From: an uncultured virus (IMG/VR IMGVR_UViG_3300021139_000004)
Taxonomy: Duplodnaviria > Heunggongvirae > Uroviricota > Caudoviricetes
Length of the DNA stretch: 64,000 nt
Virus record (IMG/VR): IMGVR_UViG_3300021139_000004
Reading direction: 5' to 3' (one strand)
In this document: one piece after another, positions 29,642 through 40,067 of the stretch
Numbering within the stretch: the first letter of the stretch is position 1
Layout of the letters: the number at the start of each line of letters is the position of its first letter
Position numbers and translations under genes: made by a program
Notes under the pieces: generated by a model
Databases searched by the model: none
What the model was told of the DNA's origin: nothing
Seen by the model: only the letters and a program-made list of their open reading frames with translations

Positions 29642-30166
29642 ATGTCTGCCGTCGATAATACGCCTGTCAATAAGAACTTTCTTAGTCCGCTGAACTTTAA
29701 GTTCTTGCTGAAAAGAGCTCCTCATATCAATTTCTTTGTTACGAAAGCTAACATTCCGTCTATCTCGATTCCACAGATAGACATTCCAAACATGTTTGTT
29801 CCTATTCCAACGACAAGAACACACTTGACTTATGGAACGTTTGGCATCACTTTCCAAGTAGACGAAGATCTGACAAACTATATGGAGATTCATAATTGGA
29901 TTCGAGCTCTTGGTTTTCCAGATAACTTCGATGAATACTCAGCTTTATCAACTGTTCCTCAGTATACTGGTGAAGGATTGAGATCTGATCTTGGTCTAAT
30001 CATTTTAAATTCAACTAAGACTCCAAACTTTGAATTCTCTTTTAGAGATGCCTTTCCTACATATCTCTCAGACGTTACTTTCGATACGACTATGCAAGAT
30101 GTCCAGTACGTTACAGCTAGCGCAGAATTTGCTTATACAATGTACGATGTAATCCCACCTCAGTAG
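29642..30166 (+). CDS. gp3: Tail tube terminator gp3
   Basis: NFLSP..FKF, VDEDL.NY.EIHNWI, F.DAFPT.LS. Confidence 0.88.
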   Translation: MSAVDNTPVNKNFLSPLNFKFLLKRAPHINFFVTKANIPSISIPQIDIPNMFVPIPTTRTHLTYGTFGITFQVDEDLTNYMEIHNWIRALGFPDNFDEYSALSTVPQYTGEGLRSDLGLIILNSTKTPNFEFSFRDAFPTYLSDVTFDTTMQDVQYVTASAEFAYTMYDVIPPQ

Positions 30167-30195
30167 TTTACAAACTGTCATTGTTATGATATAAT
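30167..30195 (+). promoter_or_regulatory. Early sigma70-type promoter TTTACA-N17-TATAAT
   Basis: Matches T4-like GTTTAC -35 and TATAAT upstream of uvsY. Confidence 0.7.
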
Positions 30196-30217
30196 GTAAA
30201 TTATTTGTGAGGGAAAT

Positions 30218-30649
30218 ATGAAACTTGAAGAGATCTATGAAGAGTGGAATAAAGATTCTGAGATCGATAAAACAGAACTCGGTGATGAAGCACTAAAGAT
30301 TCCAAAACTACATCATAAGTATTATCAGATCTACACTACTGAGCGTATGATCTTGCGCAAATATGAAAATGATTTTAAGCAGCTTAAACTAGCTAAGTAT
30401 GAATTCTATACTATGGGTCCGAGCGAAGAGACTCCGTCTAGTTGGAGACTTCCACCCAGAGGTATGATCTTGAAAGCAGACGTTCCGATGTATATGGAAT
30501 CTGATAAAGAAATAATCGATATGTCTCTCAAGATTGGTATTCAGCAAGAAAAAGTTGAACTCTTAGAGTCTATCATCAAGAGTCTAACGAATAGAGGCTT
30601 TCAAATAAAGTCTGCTATCGAATGGACCAAGTTTACGATGGGTGCATGA
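30218..30649 (+). CDS. uvsY: Recombination mediator UvsY
   Basis: W..DS.ID, IPKLH.KY, RGFQIKSAIEW.KF. Confidence 0.9.
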   Translation: MKLEEIYEEWNKDSEIDKTELGDEALKIPKLHHKYYQIYTTERMILRKYENDFKQLKLAKYEFYTMGPSEETPSSWRLPPRGMILKADVPMYMESDKEIIDMSLKIGIQQEKVELLESIIKSLTNRGFQIKSAIEWTKFTMGA

Positions 30650-32124
30650 CAGACATAATAGAGATCACAAAACTAGACGAAACGTTTAACAAGATTACTT
30701 GTGAACCGGGTATAGCTTATGAACTGAACGAGTACTTTACATTCGAAGTACCCGGAGCAAAGTTCATGCCCGCTTATAAGAATAAGTTTTGGGATGGTAA
30801 GATCAGACTCTACAACGTCATGACTGGTACATTATATGCTGGTCTAAATTCTAAAGTAGAAGAATTTGCTAAGAGTAGAAACTATGAGATAGAATATAAG
30901 TCAGACTTTTCTCAAGAAGAGTTTTCATTAAAAGAAGCTCATGAATTTATAGATAGTCTTGGTATACCAAGTAAATATGAAAGAAGAGACTACCAAGATG
31001 AAGCTTTTGCTTATGCTGTTCGTAATAAACGCGCTCTTATGTTATCACCAACTGCATCAGGCAAATCATATATAATTTACTTACTTGTGAGGTACTATGA
31101 AAACTATCTTAGGGACAACGGCTTCCGCACTCTTATTATTGTGCCAACTACTTCTTTGGTGCATCAGCTTGCCAGCGATTTTATTGACTATGGTTATAGT
31201 GATCCCAGCAACATTCATAGAGTATTTGCAGGACAAGATAAGAAAACAGATCATCCTATTGTCATATCGACATGGCAATCGATTTACAAACTGGACAAAA
31301 AGTATTTTGACTCGTTTAGCGTTGTAATAGGCGATGAAGCACATTTATTTAAAGCAAAATCTCTTATATCGATTATGTCTAAGCTTAGTAGCTGTGTATA
31401 TCGTTTTGGTTTTACAGGTACTCTGGATGGATCTGAAACGAACGAACTCGTGCTTCAAGGTCTCTTCGGCAATGTTAAGAGAGTTACAACGACCTCAGAA
31501 CTGATAGACAAAAAGTATCTTTCTGATTTTAAGATCAAGATCATCGTGCTTAAGTATTCTGATCAGACGAAGCAAAGTCTAGCAAAATCAGACTATCAAG
31601 CAGAGATGGATTTTCTTGTAAGAAATCAATCACGTAATAAATTCATAAAAAATCTTACACTTTCTTTGAACGGTAATACACTTTTACTGTTTCAATTTGT
31701 TGAAAAGCATGGTAATATACTATATGACATGATTAAAAATAGCACCGATAATCCGGTGTATTATGTACATGGAGGAGTTGACGGTGATGACAGAGAAACT
31801 ATCCGTAAGATCGTGGAAAAATCAACATCCAGTATTATCATCGCTAGCTACGGGACTTTTAGTACCGGCATTAACATTCGTAATTTGCATAACGTTATAT
31901 TTGCTAGTCCTTCAAAATCCAAAATAAGAACGTTACAGTCTATAGGTCGTGGTCTACGCAAATCAGACACTAAAGATATAGCAACACTTTATGATATTTC
32001 AGATGACTTAACATGGAAGTCAAGGAAGAATTTCACTCTGCTTCATTTGGCAGAAAGAGTAAAAATCTATAACGAAGAAGGGTTTGACTACAAGATTTAT
32101 CAAGTCGCTCTAAAGGAATTATGA
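30646..32124 (+). CDS. uvsW: DNA helicase UvsW
   Basis: WDGKIRL, SPTASGKS, DEAH, QSIGRGLR. Confidence 0.95.
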   Translation: MTDIIEITKLDETFNKITCEPGIAYELNEYFTFEVPGAKFMPAYKNKFWDGKIRLYNVMTGTLYAGLNSKVEEFAKSRNYEIEYKSDFSQEEFSLKEAHEFIDSLGIPSKYERRDYQDEAFAYAVRNKRALMLSPTASGKSYIIYLLVRYYENYLRDNGFRTLIIVPTTSLVHQLASDFIDYGYSDPSNIHRVFAGQDKKTDHPIVISTWQSIYKLDKKYFDSFSVVIGDEAHLFKAKSLISIMSKLSSCVYRFGFTGTLDGSETNELVLQGLFGNVKRVTTTSELIDKKYLSDFKIKIIVLKYSDQTKQSLAKSDYQAEMDFLVRNQSRNKFIKNLTLSLNGNTLLLFQFVEKHGNILYDMIKNSTDNPVYYVHGGVDGDDRETIRKIVEKSTSSIIIASYGTFSTGINIRNLHNVIFASPSKSKIRTLQSIGRGLRKSDTKDIATLYDISDDLTWKSRKNFTLLHLAERVKIYNEEGFDYKIYQVALKEL

Positions 32125-32660
32125 TGGAAAGTAAACCAAGAAAAAAAGTTCATTATGTAAACAATAAAGATCTATATGCGGCTATGGTCGATTATAAAGA
32201 TCGAATGAATAAAGCTGCAGCAGAAGGTAAAATACTCCCTCAAGTTCCCAACTATGTTGGTACTTGTTTCCTTATGATATGTAACAAGTTAGCTACAAAA
32301 CCCAACTTTGCTAATTATTCATATAGAGAAGAGATGATAGCTGATGGTATTGAAAACTGTGTAGCTGCTGCTCATAGCTTTGATCCTGCAAAATCAAATA
32401 ATCCTTTTGCTTATTTTACTCAAATTGCATGGAATGCTTTTATTAGACGAATACAAAAAGAAAAGAAACAGTCTTATGTAAAGCATAAGAACTTTGAACA
32501 CATGAACATCTTTGGTGACTTAGCAGAAGAAGTCAACACTGGTGAAAAAATTCATAATGAATACTCGGAAGAATTGATCAGAAACTTTGAAGAAAAGCTA
32601 GTTAAAAATTCTAAGAAAACCAAAGTCGGTATCGAAAAGTTTATAGAGGATACACCATGA
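32121..32660 (+). CDS. gp55: Late sigma factor gp55
   Basis: HYVNNK, NPFAYFTQI.WNAFIRRI.KEKKQ. Confidence 0.93.
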   Translation: MMESKPRKKVHYVNNKDLYAAMVDYKDRMNKAAAEGKILPQVPNYVGTCFLMICNKLATKPNFANYSYREEMIADGIENCVAAAHSFDPAKSNNPFAYFTQIAWNAFIRRIQKEKKQSYVKHKNFEHMNIFGDLAEEVNTGEKIHNEYSEELIRNFEEKLVKNSKKTKVGIEKFIEDTP

Positions 32661-32842
32661 AAAACCTTCATCTAGTTCCTATCGTCGTTCAGGACATCGC
32701 TGAAAAGATGTTGATTCGACCTCATAAAAATGAAAATAGCATTTATATTACACGCATGGAAGCTATTCGTGATTTCTGTAATGATGCTCTGCGACAAGTA
32801 GAAACGAAAATCTCAGCACAAAAGAAGTTTGTTCGTAAATGA
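32657..32842 (+). CDS. Hypothetical protein
   Basis: 61 aa, coupled overlaps both sides, RBS GAGGA. Confidence 0.65.
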   Translation: MKNLHLVPIVVQDIAEKMLIRPHKNENSIYITRMEAIRDFCNDALRQVETKISAQKKFVRK

Positions 32843-33897
32843 AGTTAGCTATTATTACTGATACACATTGGGGTGTTCGTAATGACAATATTGCATTTAT
32901 GGACAACAGCAAGAAGTTTCTAGATGATATTTTTTTCCCATATCTGGATCAACACAATATTACCACTATATGTCATCTGGGCGACTTGGTTGATAGGCGT
33001 AAGTATATTAACTACAATACTGCTCTCCGCCTTAGGCAAGATTTTCTTGATCCCATTTCTGAGCGTGGTATCAGTCTACACATTATTGCTGGCAACCACG
33101 ATACTTATTTCAAGAATACTAATCGAATTAATGCTCTCGATGAACTAGTAAGAGATCGTTACAAGTTCAATGTGTATGATCAGATTCCTAAAGAAATAGA
33201 TTTTGATGGTTGCATAGTATTAATGCTACCTTGGATTTGTGATGAAAATAGAGAAGTATGTACTAATAAGATAAGGACAACAAATGCAACGATCGTTATG
33301 GGACACCTTGAACTTGCAGGTTTTGAAATGTATAAGGGAAGCATGGTTTCTCACGGAGACGATGCTTCTATCTTTGATCGCTTTCACTCTGTTATTTCTG
33401 GGCACTATCATCACCGCTCCTCTAATGGTCATATCTTTTATTGCGGTAGTCACGGTGAATTTACTTGGAGCGATTGGAATGATCCTAAAGGATTTCACGT
33501 CTTGGATACTGAAACGGGCGAACTAGAGTTTATTAGAAACCCATTTACAATGTTCGAAAAAGTGTGGTATAATGATGCTGAAGACGATCCTCAATCAAAA
33601 GATCTAAGCTATCTGAAAGGCAAGATAGTAAAAGTCATAGTCACTAATAAGTCTAATCCATATTTGTTTGATAAGTTCATCGAACATATAGAAAAGATAG
33701 GTTGTTTAGAGATGCAGATCGTAGACGATCATTTAAACATGAATCTAGAAGCCGATGACGATATCGTAAATGAAGCAGAATCGACTATAGACATCTTTAA
33801 GACTTACATATCTAATATGGAAATTCAGAACGTAAACAAACAAAAACTTGAAAATACTATAACAGATCTTTATAACGAAGCATTAACCATAGAATGA
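32839..33897 (+). CDS. gp47: Recombination endonuclease gp47 (Mre11-like)
   Basis: DTHWG, GDLVD, GNHD, SGHYH. Confidence 0.95.
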   Translation: MKLAIITDTHWGVRNDNIAFMDNSKKFLDDIFFPYLDQHNITTICHLGDLVDRRKYINYNTALRLRQDFLDPISERGISLHIIAGNHDTYFKNTNRINALDELVRDRYKFNVYDQIPKEIDFDGCIVLMLPWICDENREVCTNKIRTTNATIVMGHLELAGFEMYKGSMVSHGDDASIFDRFHSVISGHYHHRSSNGHIFYCGSHGEFTWSDWNDPKGFHVLDTETGELEFIRNPFTMFEKVWYNDAEDDPQSKDLSYLKGKIVKVIVTNKSNPYLFDKFIEHIEKIGCLEMQIVDDHLNMNLEADDDIVNEAESTIDIFKTYISNMEIQNVNKQKLENTITDLYNEALTIE

Positions 33898-33946
33898 GGT
33901 ATTAAAAATTGATTAAAAGCTTTTTTATGTTTTTCTGGGACTATAA

Positions 33947-35656
33947 ATGATTCTACTCAAGAAGTTGCGTTGGAAGAACATACTCAGTACCGGTAATGTC
34001 TTTACTGAGATTGATCTAAATAAATCAGATAATACTTTGATAGTCGGTGAGAACGGGGCTGGTAAATCTACCATCCTCGATGCTCTTACGTATGTACTAT
34101 TTGGCAAACCCTTTCGTTCTGTAAAGAAGGGTCAACTTATCAATACTATCACTCGTAAAGATGCTGTAGTAGAGATTGAGTTTTCTATCGGACGTAATCA
34201 ATATATGATTCGTCGTGGTATGAAGCCAAACGTCTTTGAAGTTTATCAAAATGATACTATGATCAATCAGTCTGCAGAGATGCGTGACTATCAAGAGTAT
34301 CTTGAAAAACATATCTTAAAGCTGAATATCAAATCATTTTGTCAAGTAGTTATCTTGGGTTCTGCATCGTTTGTGCCATTTATGCAGCTTACGATGGCGC
34401 AGAGACGTGAGATCATTGAAGATCTTTTAGATCTGCAGATCTTTACTACGATGAACTCTTTGCTTAAAGATCGTATATCTGCAAACAACGAGGAAGTATC
34501 GGATGCGAATACGGAACAAAAAATTATCTTGGAAAAAATTAACATGTTCCAAGAACATTTGGCCGAGAAACAGAATAATAATGAAAAGATCATTGCTGAC
34601 AAAATTGAGCGAATTGAAGAGACGAATCAGAAGATCAATGAGCTAGATCAAAAATACTGGGAACACAACAAACAAATTGAAGACTTAAAAGAATTGACCG
34701 AAGAGGAAGATCTTATTGATAAGAAGATCAATAAACTTTCTCAATTAAGACATAAAATCGAAGCTAAGCGTGCACTACTATTAAAAGACATTCATTTTTT
34801 TGAAGAACACGATGGTTGTCCTACATGTAAACAAATGATCGATGAAACTTTTAAGACAGACACTCTTAATAGTAAAAAGACTGAAATCGACGAGATCGAT
34901 GCAGGTCTTAAAGAATTGATTACTCAATGGGGTACAGAAAACAATAAGCTTCAAGAAATAATGAAGCTTGGTACTCAGATCAATAATCTCAGTATGGAAC
35001 AATACAAAATTAAGAGCAATATAGATGCTCTTATCAAATACAGAGATCAACTTGAAAAAGAGATCAAGCAGATAAACGAAGTTCATACGATAGATGAAGA
35101 AACAAAACTAGTAGAACTTGAAAAAAGTTTAAACAGTTCGACTGAAAAACTCACGCAAGTGTTGGAACAAAAGCAAGTCTACTTGGCTGCATCTGCGCTG
35201 TTGAAAGACGGTGGTATCAAATCAAGGATTATCAAGCAATATGTCCCAGTCATTAATAAGCTTATCAATAAGTACTTGTCTGCTATGGATTTCTTTGTTC
35301 AGTTTGAGCTCGATGAGGAGTTCAATGAAACAATCAAATCTAGATTTAGAGACGAATTTTCTTACGCTTCGTTCTCAGAAGGCGAGAAAATGCGCATTAA
35401 TCTTGCTATCTTGTTTACTTGGCGTGCTGTGGCTAAGTTGCGTAACTCTGTCAGCACTAATCTTCTCATTATGGATGAAGTAATGGATTCTTCTCTCGAT
35501 ACGAACGGGACAGAAGAATTCTTAAAGATACTTCAGCAGTTTACAAAAGACACAAATACGTTTATAATCAGTCATAAGACAGATCAGCTAGTTGACAAGT
35601 TTGAATCTGTGCTTAGATTTGAAAAGAAGCAAAACTTCAGTAGGCTTGCATCATAA
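33947..35656 (+). CDS. gp46: Recombination ATPase gp46 (Rad50-like)
   Basis: GENGAGKST, CPTC hook, FSEGEK, MDEVMDSSLD. Confidence 0.96.
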   Translation: MILLKKLRWKNILSTGNVFTEIDLNKSDNTLIVGENGAGKSTILDALTYVLFGKPFRSVKKGQLINTITRKDAVVEIEFSIGRNQYMIRRGMKPNVFEVYQNDTMINQSAEMRDYQEYLEKHILKLNIKSFCQVVILGSASFVPFMQLTMAQRREIIEDLLDLQIFTTMNSLLKDRISANNEEVSDANTEQKIILEKINMFQEHLAEKQNNNEKIIADKIERIEETNQKINELDQKYWEHNKQIEDLKELTEEEDLIDKKINKLSQLRHKIEAKRALLLKDIHFFEEHDGCPTCKQMIDETFKTDTLNSKKTEIDEIDAGLKELITQWGTENNKLQEIMKLGTQINNLSMEQYKIKSNIDALIKYRDQLEKEIKQINEVHTIDEETKLVELEKSLNSSTEKLTQVLEQKQVYLAASALLKDGGIKSRIIKQYVPVINKLINKYLSAMDFFVQFELDEEFNETIKSRFRDEFSYASFSEGEKMRINLAILFTWRAVAKLRNSVSTNLLIMDEVMDSSLDTNGTEEFLKILQQFTKDTNTFIISHKTDQLVDKFESVLRFEKKQNFSRLAS

Positions 35657-36225
35657 TGTTCGAAACACTAGTAGTAGATGACATCGTAGATATACACGTG
35701 CAAAGATATTTGCACGAAAACATCATGCGAACTGCACAATGGAAGTTTGTAAATGATGTCACTGGTGTAGAAAATCAAAATTATCCATCACATGGATTCG
35801 TTCATCTCATGAAACATCCGCATCTTGAAAAGAGTGTAGGATTGTATCCTCTCATGGATAAACTGATGCCAGCTATGGAAAAAGCTATTGGCATACCAGT
35901 CAACGATCAAACAAATTATCACAATCGTATTTTTCTACAGCTTCCATTAGCTGAACAGTATAGAAAAGATCACAATGGTATTCATGTAGACTTACCAGCC
36001 GATAAGCCTCATATTGCTTGTGTTTATTATGTTAATGGAAGCGATGGCGATACTATCATCTATGAAAATGTAATAGGTGGAGACAATACCAATATAGTAG
36101 AACACAAGAGAGTTACGCCAAAACGTGGTCGTATAGTATTCTTTGACGGTTCTCGCTTTCATTGTTCTTCTCAACCGACTAGAAACTATCGCTGCATTAT
36201 TAACTTCGATATTCTGAAGGATTAA
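35656..36225 (+). CDS. 2OG-Fe(II) oxygenase
   Basis: IHVD, YYVN.SDG.T, FDGSRFHCSS.P, RCIINF. Confidence 0.8.
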   Translation: MFETLVVDDIVDIHVQRYLHENIMRTAQWKFVNDVTGVENQNYPSHGFVHLMKHPHLEKSVGLYPLMDKLMPAMEKAIGIPVNDQTNYHNRIFLQLPLAEQYRKDHNGIHVDLPADKPHIACVYYVNGSDGDTIIYENVIGGDNTNIVEHKRVTPKRGRIVFFDGSRFHCSSQPTRNYRCIINFDILKD

Positions 36226-36227
36226 CT

Positions 36228-36704
36228 ATGGAACTTGTAAAAGCTGACGATCCCATTCTTACGACGCCGTGTCAAGATTTTGATTTTGAAAATCCTCCCT
36301 TTTGGCCCGTAGAATTTGCTAAAGAACTAGTAAAGTTTATGTACGACAACAATGGTATTGGATTGGCTGCTAATCAAGTCGGCGTTCCGTATCGTGTGTT
36401 TGCTATGAGAGGTCATCCAGAAAACTTTGTATGTTTCAATCCTCGCATTGTAGAAAAGAGTGAACAACTAATTACTCTAGAAGAAGGATGTCTATCATAT
36501 CCTGGTCTTCTAATAAAGATCAAACGACCACAACACATTCGTGTTCGTTATCGTATGCCTAATGGTGAAGTAGATACTAAGACATTTACTGGTATGTCTG
36601 CTCGTATCTTTCAACACGAGTTAGATCATCTTGATGGTAAGTTGTTCTTTGATAGAGCCAATCGCTATCATAAAGAACAAGCATTTAAAAAGTGGAAGAA
36701 ATGA
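36228..36704 (+). CDS. def: Peptide deformylase
   Basis: GIGLAANQVG, EGCLS, QHELDHLDG. Confidence 0.95.
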   Translation: MELVKADDPILTTPCQDFDFENPPFWPVEFAKELVKFMYDNNGIGLAANQVGVPYRVFAMRGHPENFVCFNPRIVEKSEQLITLEEGCLSYPGLLIKIKRPQHIRVRYRMPNGEVDTKTFTGMSARIFQHELDHLDGKLFFDRANRYHKEQAFKKWKK

Positions 36705-37255
36705 ATATATTTTATGTTGATCATGATCCTGTGAAAGCTGCTGAAGCTCTAGTAGATAAACATGTTGTGAAGATGATTCTTGAGTCTGCACAACTTTTGT
36801 CGACCGCTCATCGTGTTATTGATGGTGAAGAAGTAACTGGTGTAAAAGTTAATATTGAAACTGGTAAAGTTAGAAAAACAAAAGCTTGGATACTATCTGA
36901 TAGTCGAGATAATGTCTTATACTCGGCAACTCATATCAATCATCCATCGGCTGTATGGTGTCGTACATCTATCGAGAATTATTCTTGGTTAGTCGAACAC
37001 TTTTTTGCATTGATGAACGAATACATGCATCGCTATAAAAAAATACATTCTTGCAATGGTGAGATTAGTTACATGCTTCAATCTCCTCCTCTTGGTCTCA
37101 AAGCTTGGGAATGGACCGAGATGCCAAGTTGTATGGCAGAAGAATACAAGATTTCAAATGATTCATGTACAAATTATCGAAACTATTATAGAATAGGAAA
37201 ATCAAAGCTACATAAGTGGACTAACCGAGAAGCTCCGGAGTGGATAAATGAGTAG
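36701..37255 (+). CDS. Pyrimidine-dimer DNA glycosylase/endonuclease V-like protein
   Basis: MNIF, DKHVVKMILESAQLLSTAH, HINHPSAVW. Confidence 0.65.
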   Translation: MNIFYVDHDPVKAAEALVDKHVVKMILESAQLLSTAHRVIDGEEVTGVKVNIETGKVRKTKAWILSDSRDNVLYSATHINHPSAVWCRTSIENYSWLVEHFFALMNEYMHRYKKIHSCNGEISYMLQSPPLGLKAWEWTEMPSCMAEEYKISNDSCTNYRNYYRIGKSKLHKWTNREAPEWINE

Positions 37256-37646
37256 AGATTGGGTAAGAGATATTTTTGGCATGCATAACCATTATAAGCA
37301 GCATGCCGCTTTTGATAATATGGATGCCGAGAAGCTTAAGAAGTTTCTTGAATTTCGTATTAACTTTCTTCAAGAAGAATTAGATGAGATGAAAAATGCT
37401 AAAAACGCAGATGATGTTGTGGATGCTCTTATTGATCTATGTGTTGTGGCTATTGGTACTCTTGATGCTTTCAATGTAGATGCATATAAAGCATGGAATG
37501 AAGTTCTCGATGCTAACATGAAGAAAGAAGTCGGTATCAAAGAAGGTCGTCCTAATCCTCTTGGATTACCGGATCTTATGAAGCCAGCTGGTTGGACTGC
37601 ACCTTCACATATTGGTAATGAAGGTAAACTCAAGGAGATCTTCTAA
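37248..37646 (+). CDS. All-alpha (MazG-like) dNTP pyrophosphohydrolase, candidate dCTPase/dUTPase
   Basis: LQEELDE, VDALIDL, V..ANM.K, L.KP.GW. Confidence 0.8.
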   Translation: MSRDWVRDIFGMHNHYKQHAAFDNMDAEKLKKFLEFRINFLQEELDEMKNAKNADDVVDALIDLCVVAIGTLDAFNVDAYKAWNEVLDANMKKEVGIKEGRPNPLGLPDLMKPAGWTAPSHIGNEGKLKEIF

Positions 37647-38098
37647 TGTCTAGAGAATCTGATATATTAAAACTTGGTGCTTTGGGTGAAGCTTTAGTCA
37701 AAGATACGTTCGAATGGTTAGGTCTTCAAGTATATATGAGTGAAGATCGTTATGATACTGTCAAAGACATGATCGTAGACGATGAAAGTATTGAAGTCAA
37801 GACACTTACGCCGATCAAGAAATCAAATTCATTTTGTATGCAACAGAGTCAATGGAATAAGCTTGATAATGTCGATAGACTATTCTTCATTGAAGTGCCT
37901 GACTATGGAAATCCAATTATCATATATGAAGCTGTCAAAAAATACTATTTTACAGATTCATTTAATGATGGTATAATGAGAAGATTCTATCCAAAACAAA
38001 ACATGCGTATTTTTCGAATTCTTCGAGATGAAGAACTTGAAAAACAATTTCGTAACTATTCTGACTCAACATATCTAAAGAGAGGTCCAAATGACTGA
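37646..38098 (+). CDS. Putative PD-(D/E)XK nuclease
   Basis: GE...D...IEVKT pattern. Confidence 0.5.
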   Translation: MSRESDILKLGALGEALVKDTFEWLGLQVYMSEDRYDTVKDMIVDDESIEVKTLTPIKKSNSFCMQQSQWNKLDNVDRLFFIEVPDYGNPIIIYEAVKKYYFTDSFNDGIMRRFYPKQNMRIFRILRDEELEKQFRNYSDSTYLKRGPND

Positions 38099-38525
38099 AC
38101 GTCACTCAGTAGAAGTATTGCGCGAATGCATTGATTTGCAGAACGCAAAATCAAACGACTATCAAAATCCAAATTCACGTATCAAGCAAGCAGACTATTA
38201 TCCGAACGGTGTGGTTACTATTCATGACATCATGCATGCTAAGATGCTTCGTATTAAGTCTGTCATGGAAGCTATGCAGTTTGATCCTGAATATCAACCC
38301 AACTTTGAATCACTCGAAGACTCAGCTAAAGATCTAATCAATTATGCATCTTTCTTTGTATCTTATCTTCGCGGTGCAATCGATGGTCAAGAACCAGATC
38401 ATGATTTCTTAAATCGTCGTGTATATGGTCCAGTTCCTACTCCAGCAGTCACAGCCGTTCCACCTAATCCGCCTGCATTTGTAGTTACTATTCCTAACAC
38501 GGACACAACACATGCTTCGTCGTAA
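38091..38525 (+). CDS. Nucleotide-modification-associated (Nmad1/DUF1599-like) protein
   Basis: KSNDY...K..R...ESLEDS..DLINYA. Confidence 0.6.
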   Translation: MTERHSVEVLRECIDLQNAKSNDYQNPNSRIKQADYYPNGVVTIHDIMHAKMLRIKSVMEAMQFDPEYQPNFESLEDSAKDLINYASFFVSYLRGAIDGQEPDHDFLNRRVYGPVPTPAVTAVPPNPPAFVVTIPNTDTTHASS

Positions 38526-39189
38526 TTATGTCAAACAGATCCGCGAAGAGTTCATTTATCTAAAGCAATCTGAACTCTACGTGACTGATAAGACTGGTGT
38601 GAAGATGTTAGAAATCCGCGGCGCTTCTTTTGTCGCGGATGAACCATCTATTTTTGGTACTGTCAATCAAAGCTATGTCGATCGTGAATTGGCTTGGTAT
38701 CAATCGCAGTCTCTTAATGTTAACGATATTCCTGGTGGTCCTCCGGCTATCTGGAAACAAGTCGCTGACAGCGATGGATTGATCAACTCTAATTATGGTT
38801 GGTGTATCTGGTCAGAGGACAATGGATCTCAATATAAAAATGTTCTTAACGAGCTTCTAAAGAATCCTGAGTCTCGTCGTGCTACTATGATCTATACACG
38901 TCCACAGATGTGGAATGACTATAATCACAGCGGTCGTTCTGACTTCATGTGCACTAATGCTGTACAGTATATGATTCGTTATGGTAAGCTTGATGCTGTA
39001 GTACAAATGCGTTCGAACGATGTCGTGTTTGGTTATAAGAACGACTATGCATGGCAAAAGCATGTACTCGATACTCTTGCAACTGATCTTTCAGAGACAG
39101 AAGGCGGTATCGATGTAGTACCTGGACAAATTCACTGGAATGTAGGTAGTCTTCATGTATACGAACGACACTTTGACTTGGTCGAATGA
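38512..39189 (+). CDS. gp42: dCMP hydroxymethylase (T4 gp42-like)
   Basis: DKTGVK, INSNYGW.IWSEDN, SRR..MIYTRP, SDFMCTN.VQY, MRSNDVVFG..NDYAWQ, WNVGSLHVY.RHF as recalled for T4 gp42; Asp at the cytosine-specificity position. Confidence 0.9.
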   Translation: MLRRNYVKQIREEFIYLKQSELYVTDKTGVKMLEIRGASFVADEPSIFGTVNQSYVDRELAWYQSQSLNVNDIPGGPPAIWKQVADSDGLINSNYGWCIWSEDNGSQYKNVLNELLKNPESRRATMIYTRPQMWNDYNHSGRSDFMCTNAVQYMIRYGKLDAVVQMRSNDVVFGYKNDYAWQKHVLDTLATDLSETEGGIDVVPGQIHWNVGSLHVYERHFDLVE

Positions 39190-39679
39190 TAAGCTCGACA
39201 CTTGGGACATTCGCTACCTGTCTTTAGCAGAACAGGTAGCTTCTTGGTCTAAAGATCCAAGAACACAAGTGGGTGCTGTTATAGTCGGTAGTAAGAAGCA
39301 GATCTTATCACAGGGCTATAATGGCTTTCCACGTGGTATCGAAGACTCTGAAGATAGACTCAACGATAGACCTACAAAGCTTAAGTTGGTCGTTCATGCT
39401 GAAATGAATTGCATTTATAATGCATCGTTTTCTGGTGCATCTTTACAACACTCTACTTTGTATGTCTGGGGTTTGCCAGTTTGTTCAGAATGTGCTAAGG
39501 GTGTTATTCAAGTTGGTGTGAAGAAAGTCTTTATGTGTCATCCAGTCGACATTGATGATAAATGGAAACAATCATCAGAAGACACATTTGCTATGTTTAA
39601 AGAAGCAAAGGTAGAATATCATGTCAATACCTTTATCAAAGATAGTGAAAACGTACGAAGTACCAGATTTTATTCCTGA
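39155..39679 (+). CDS. cd: dCMP deaminase (start uncertain)
   Basis: SKDP.TQVGAVI, GYNGFPRG, HAEMN, PVCSEC. Confidence 0.92.
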   Translation: MYTNDTLTWSNDKLDTWDIRYLSLAEQVASWSKDPRTQVGAVIVGSKKQILSQGYNGFPRGIEDSEDRLNDRPTKLKLVVHAEMNCIYNASFSGASLQHSTLYVWGLPVCSECAKGVIQVGVKKVFMCHPVDIDDKWKQSSEDTFAMFKEAKVEYHVNTFIKDSENVRSTRFYS

Positions 39680-40067
39680 TCATAAGAGTCATCCCGATTT
39701 TCTAGTAGTTGGTCTTTCACCATCAACAAAAACAAAACCGTTTAAGAACGGTACTTTTGCACGTCTGTTACTATGGTTTGCTATAGTAAATCTTCCTGAA
39801 TGGGATTTCTGTAATGTTATTTCAGAAGTGAATAGTACTAATATCAAACTATGTGATGAAACAAAAATACGAATTAAATGTGCAAATCGTAAGAAGATCA
39901 TAGCTCTCGGTAATGTAGTCTCCCGTGTATTGACTAAATACAAAATCCCACATTATAAGATCGATCATCCCTCTCCTCGTAATCGTAAGTTAAACGATAA
40001 AAAATACGAACTAGAGATGCTCAATAAATTGAAAGTTTATTTAGATGGAAATGACGGCGTACTATGA
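39621..40067 (+). CDS. Uracil-DNA glycosylase superfamily protein
   Basis: VVGLSPS, FCNV, IIALG, HPSPRN. Confidence 0.7.
   Translation: MSIPLSKIVKTYEVPDFIPDHKSHPDFLVVGLSPSTKTKPFKNGTFARLLLWFAIVNLPEWDFCNVISEVNSTNIKLCDETKIRIKCANRKKIIALGNVVSRVLTKYKIPHYKIDHPSPRNRKLNDKKYELEMLNKLKVYLDGNDGVL

Noticed and set aside
15874..35656. Introns, inteins or homing endonucleases in core genes
   Set aside because: gp17, gp18, gp20, gp23, uvsW and gp46 are contiguous and of expected length
38512..39189. Ordinary thymidylate synthase or dUMP hydroxymethylase
   Set aside because: Sequence follows T4 gp42 closely and has Asp, not Asn, at the specificity position
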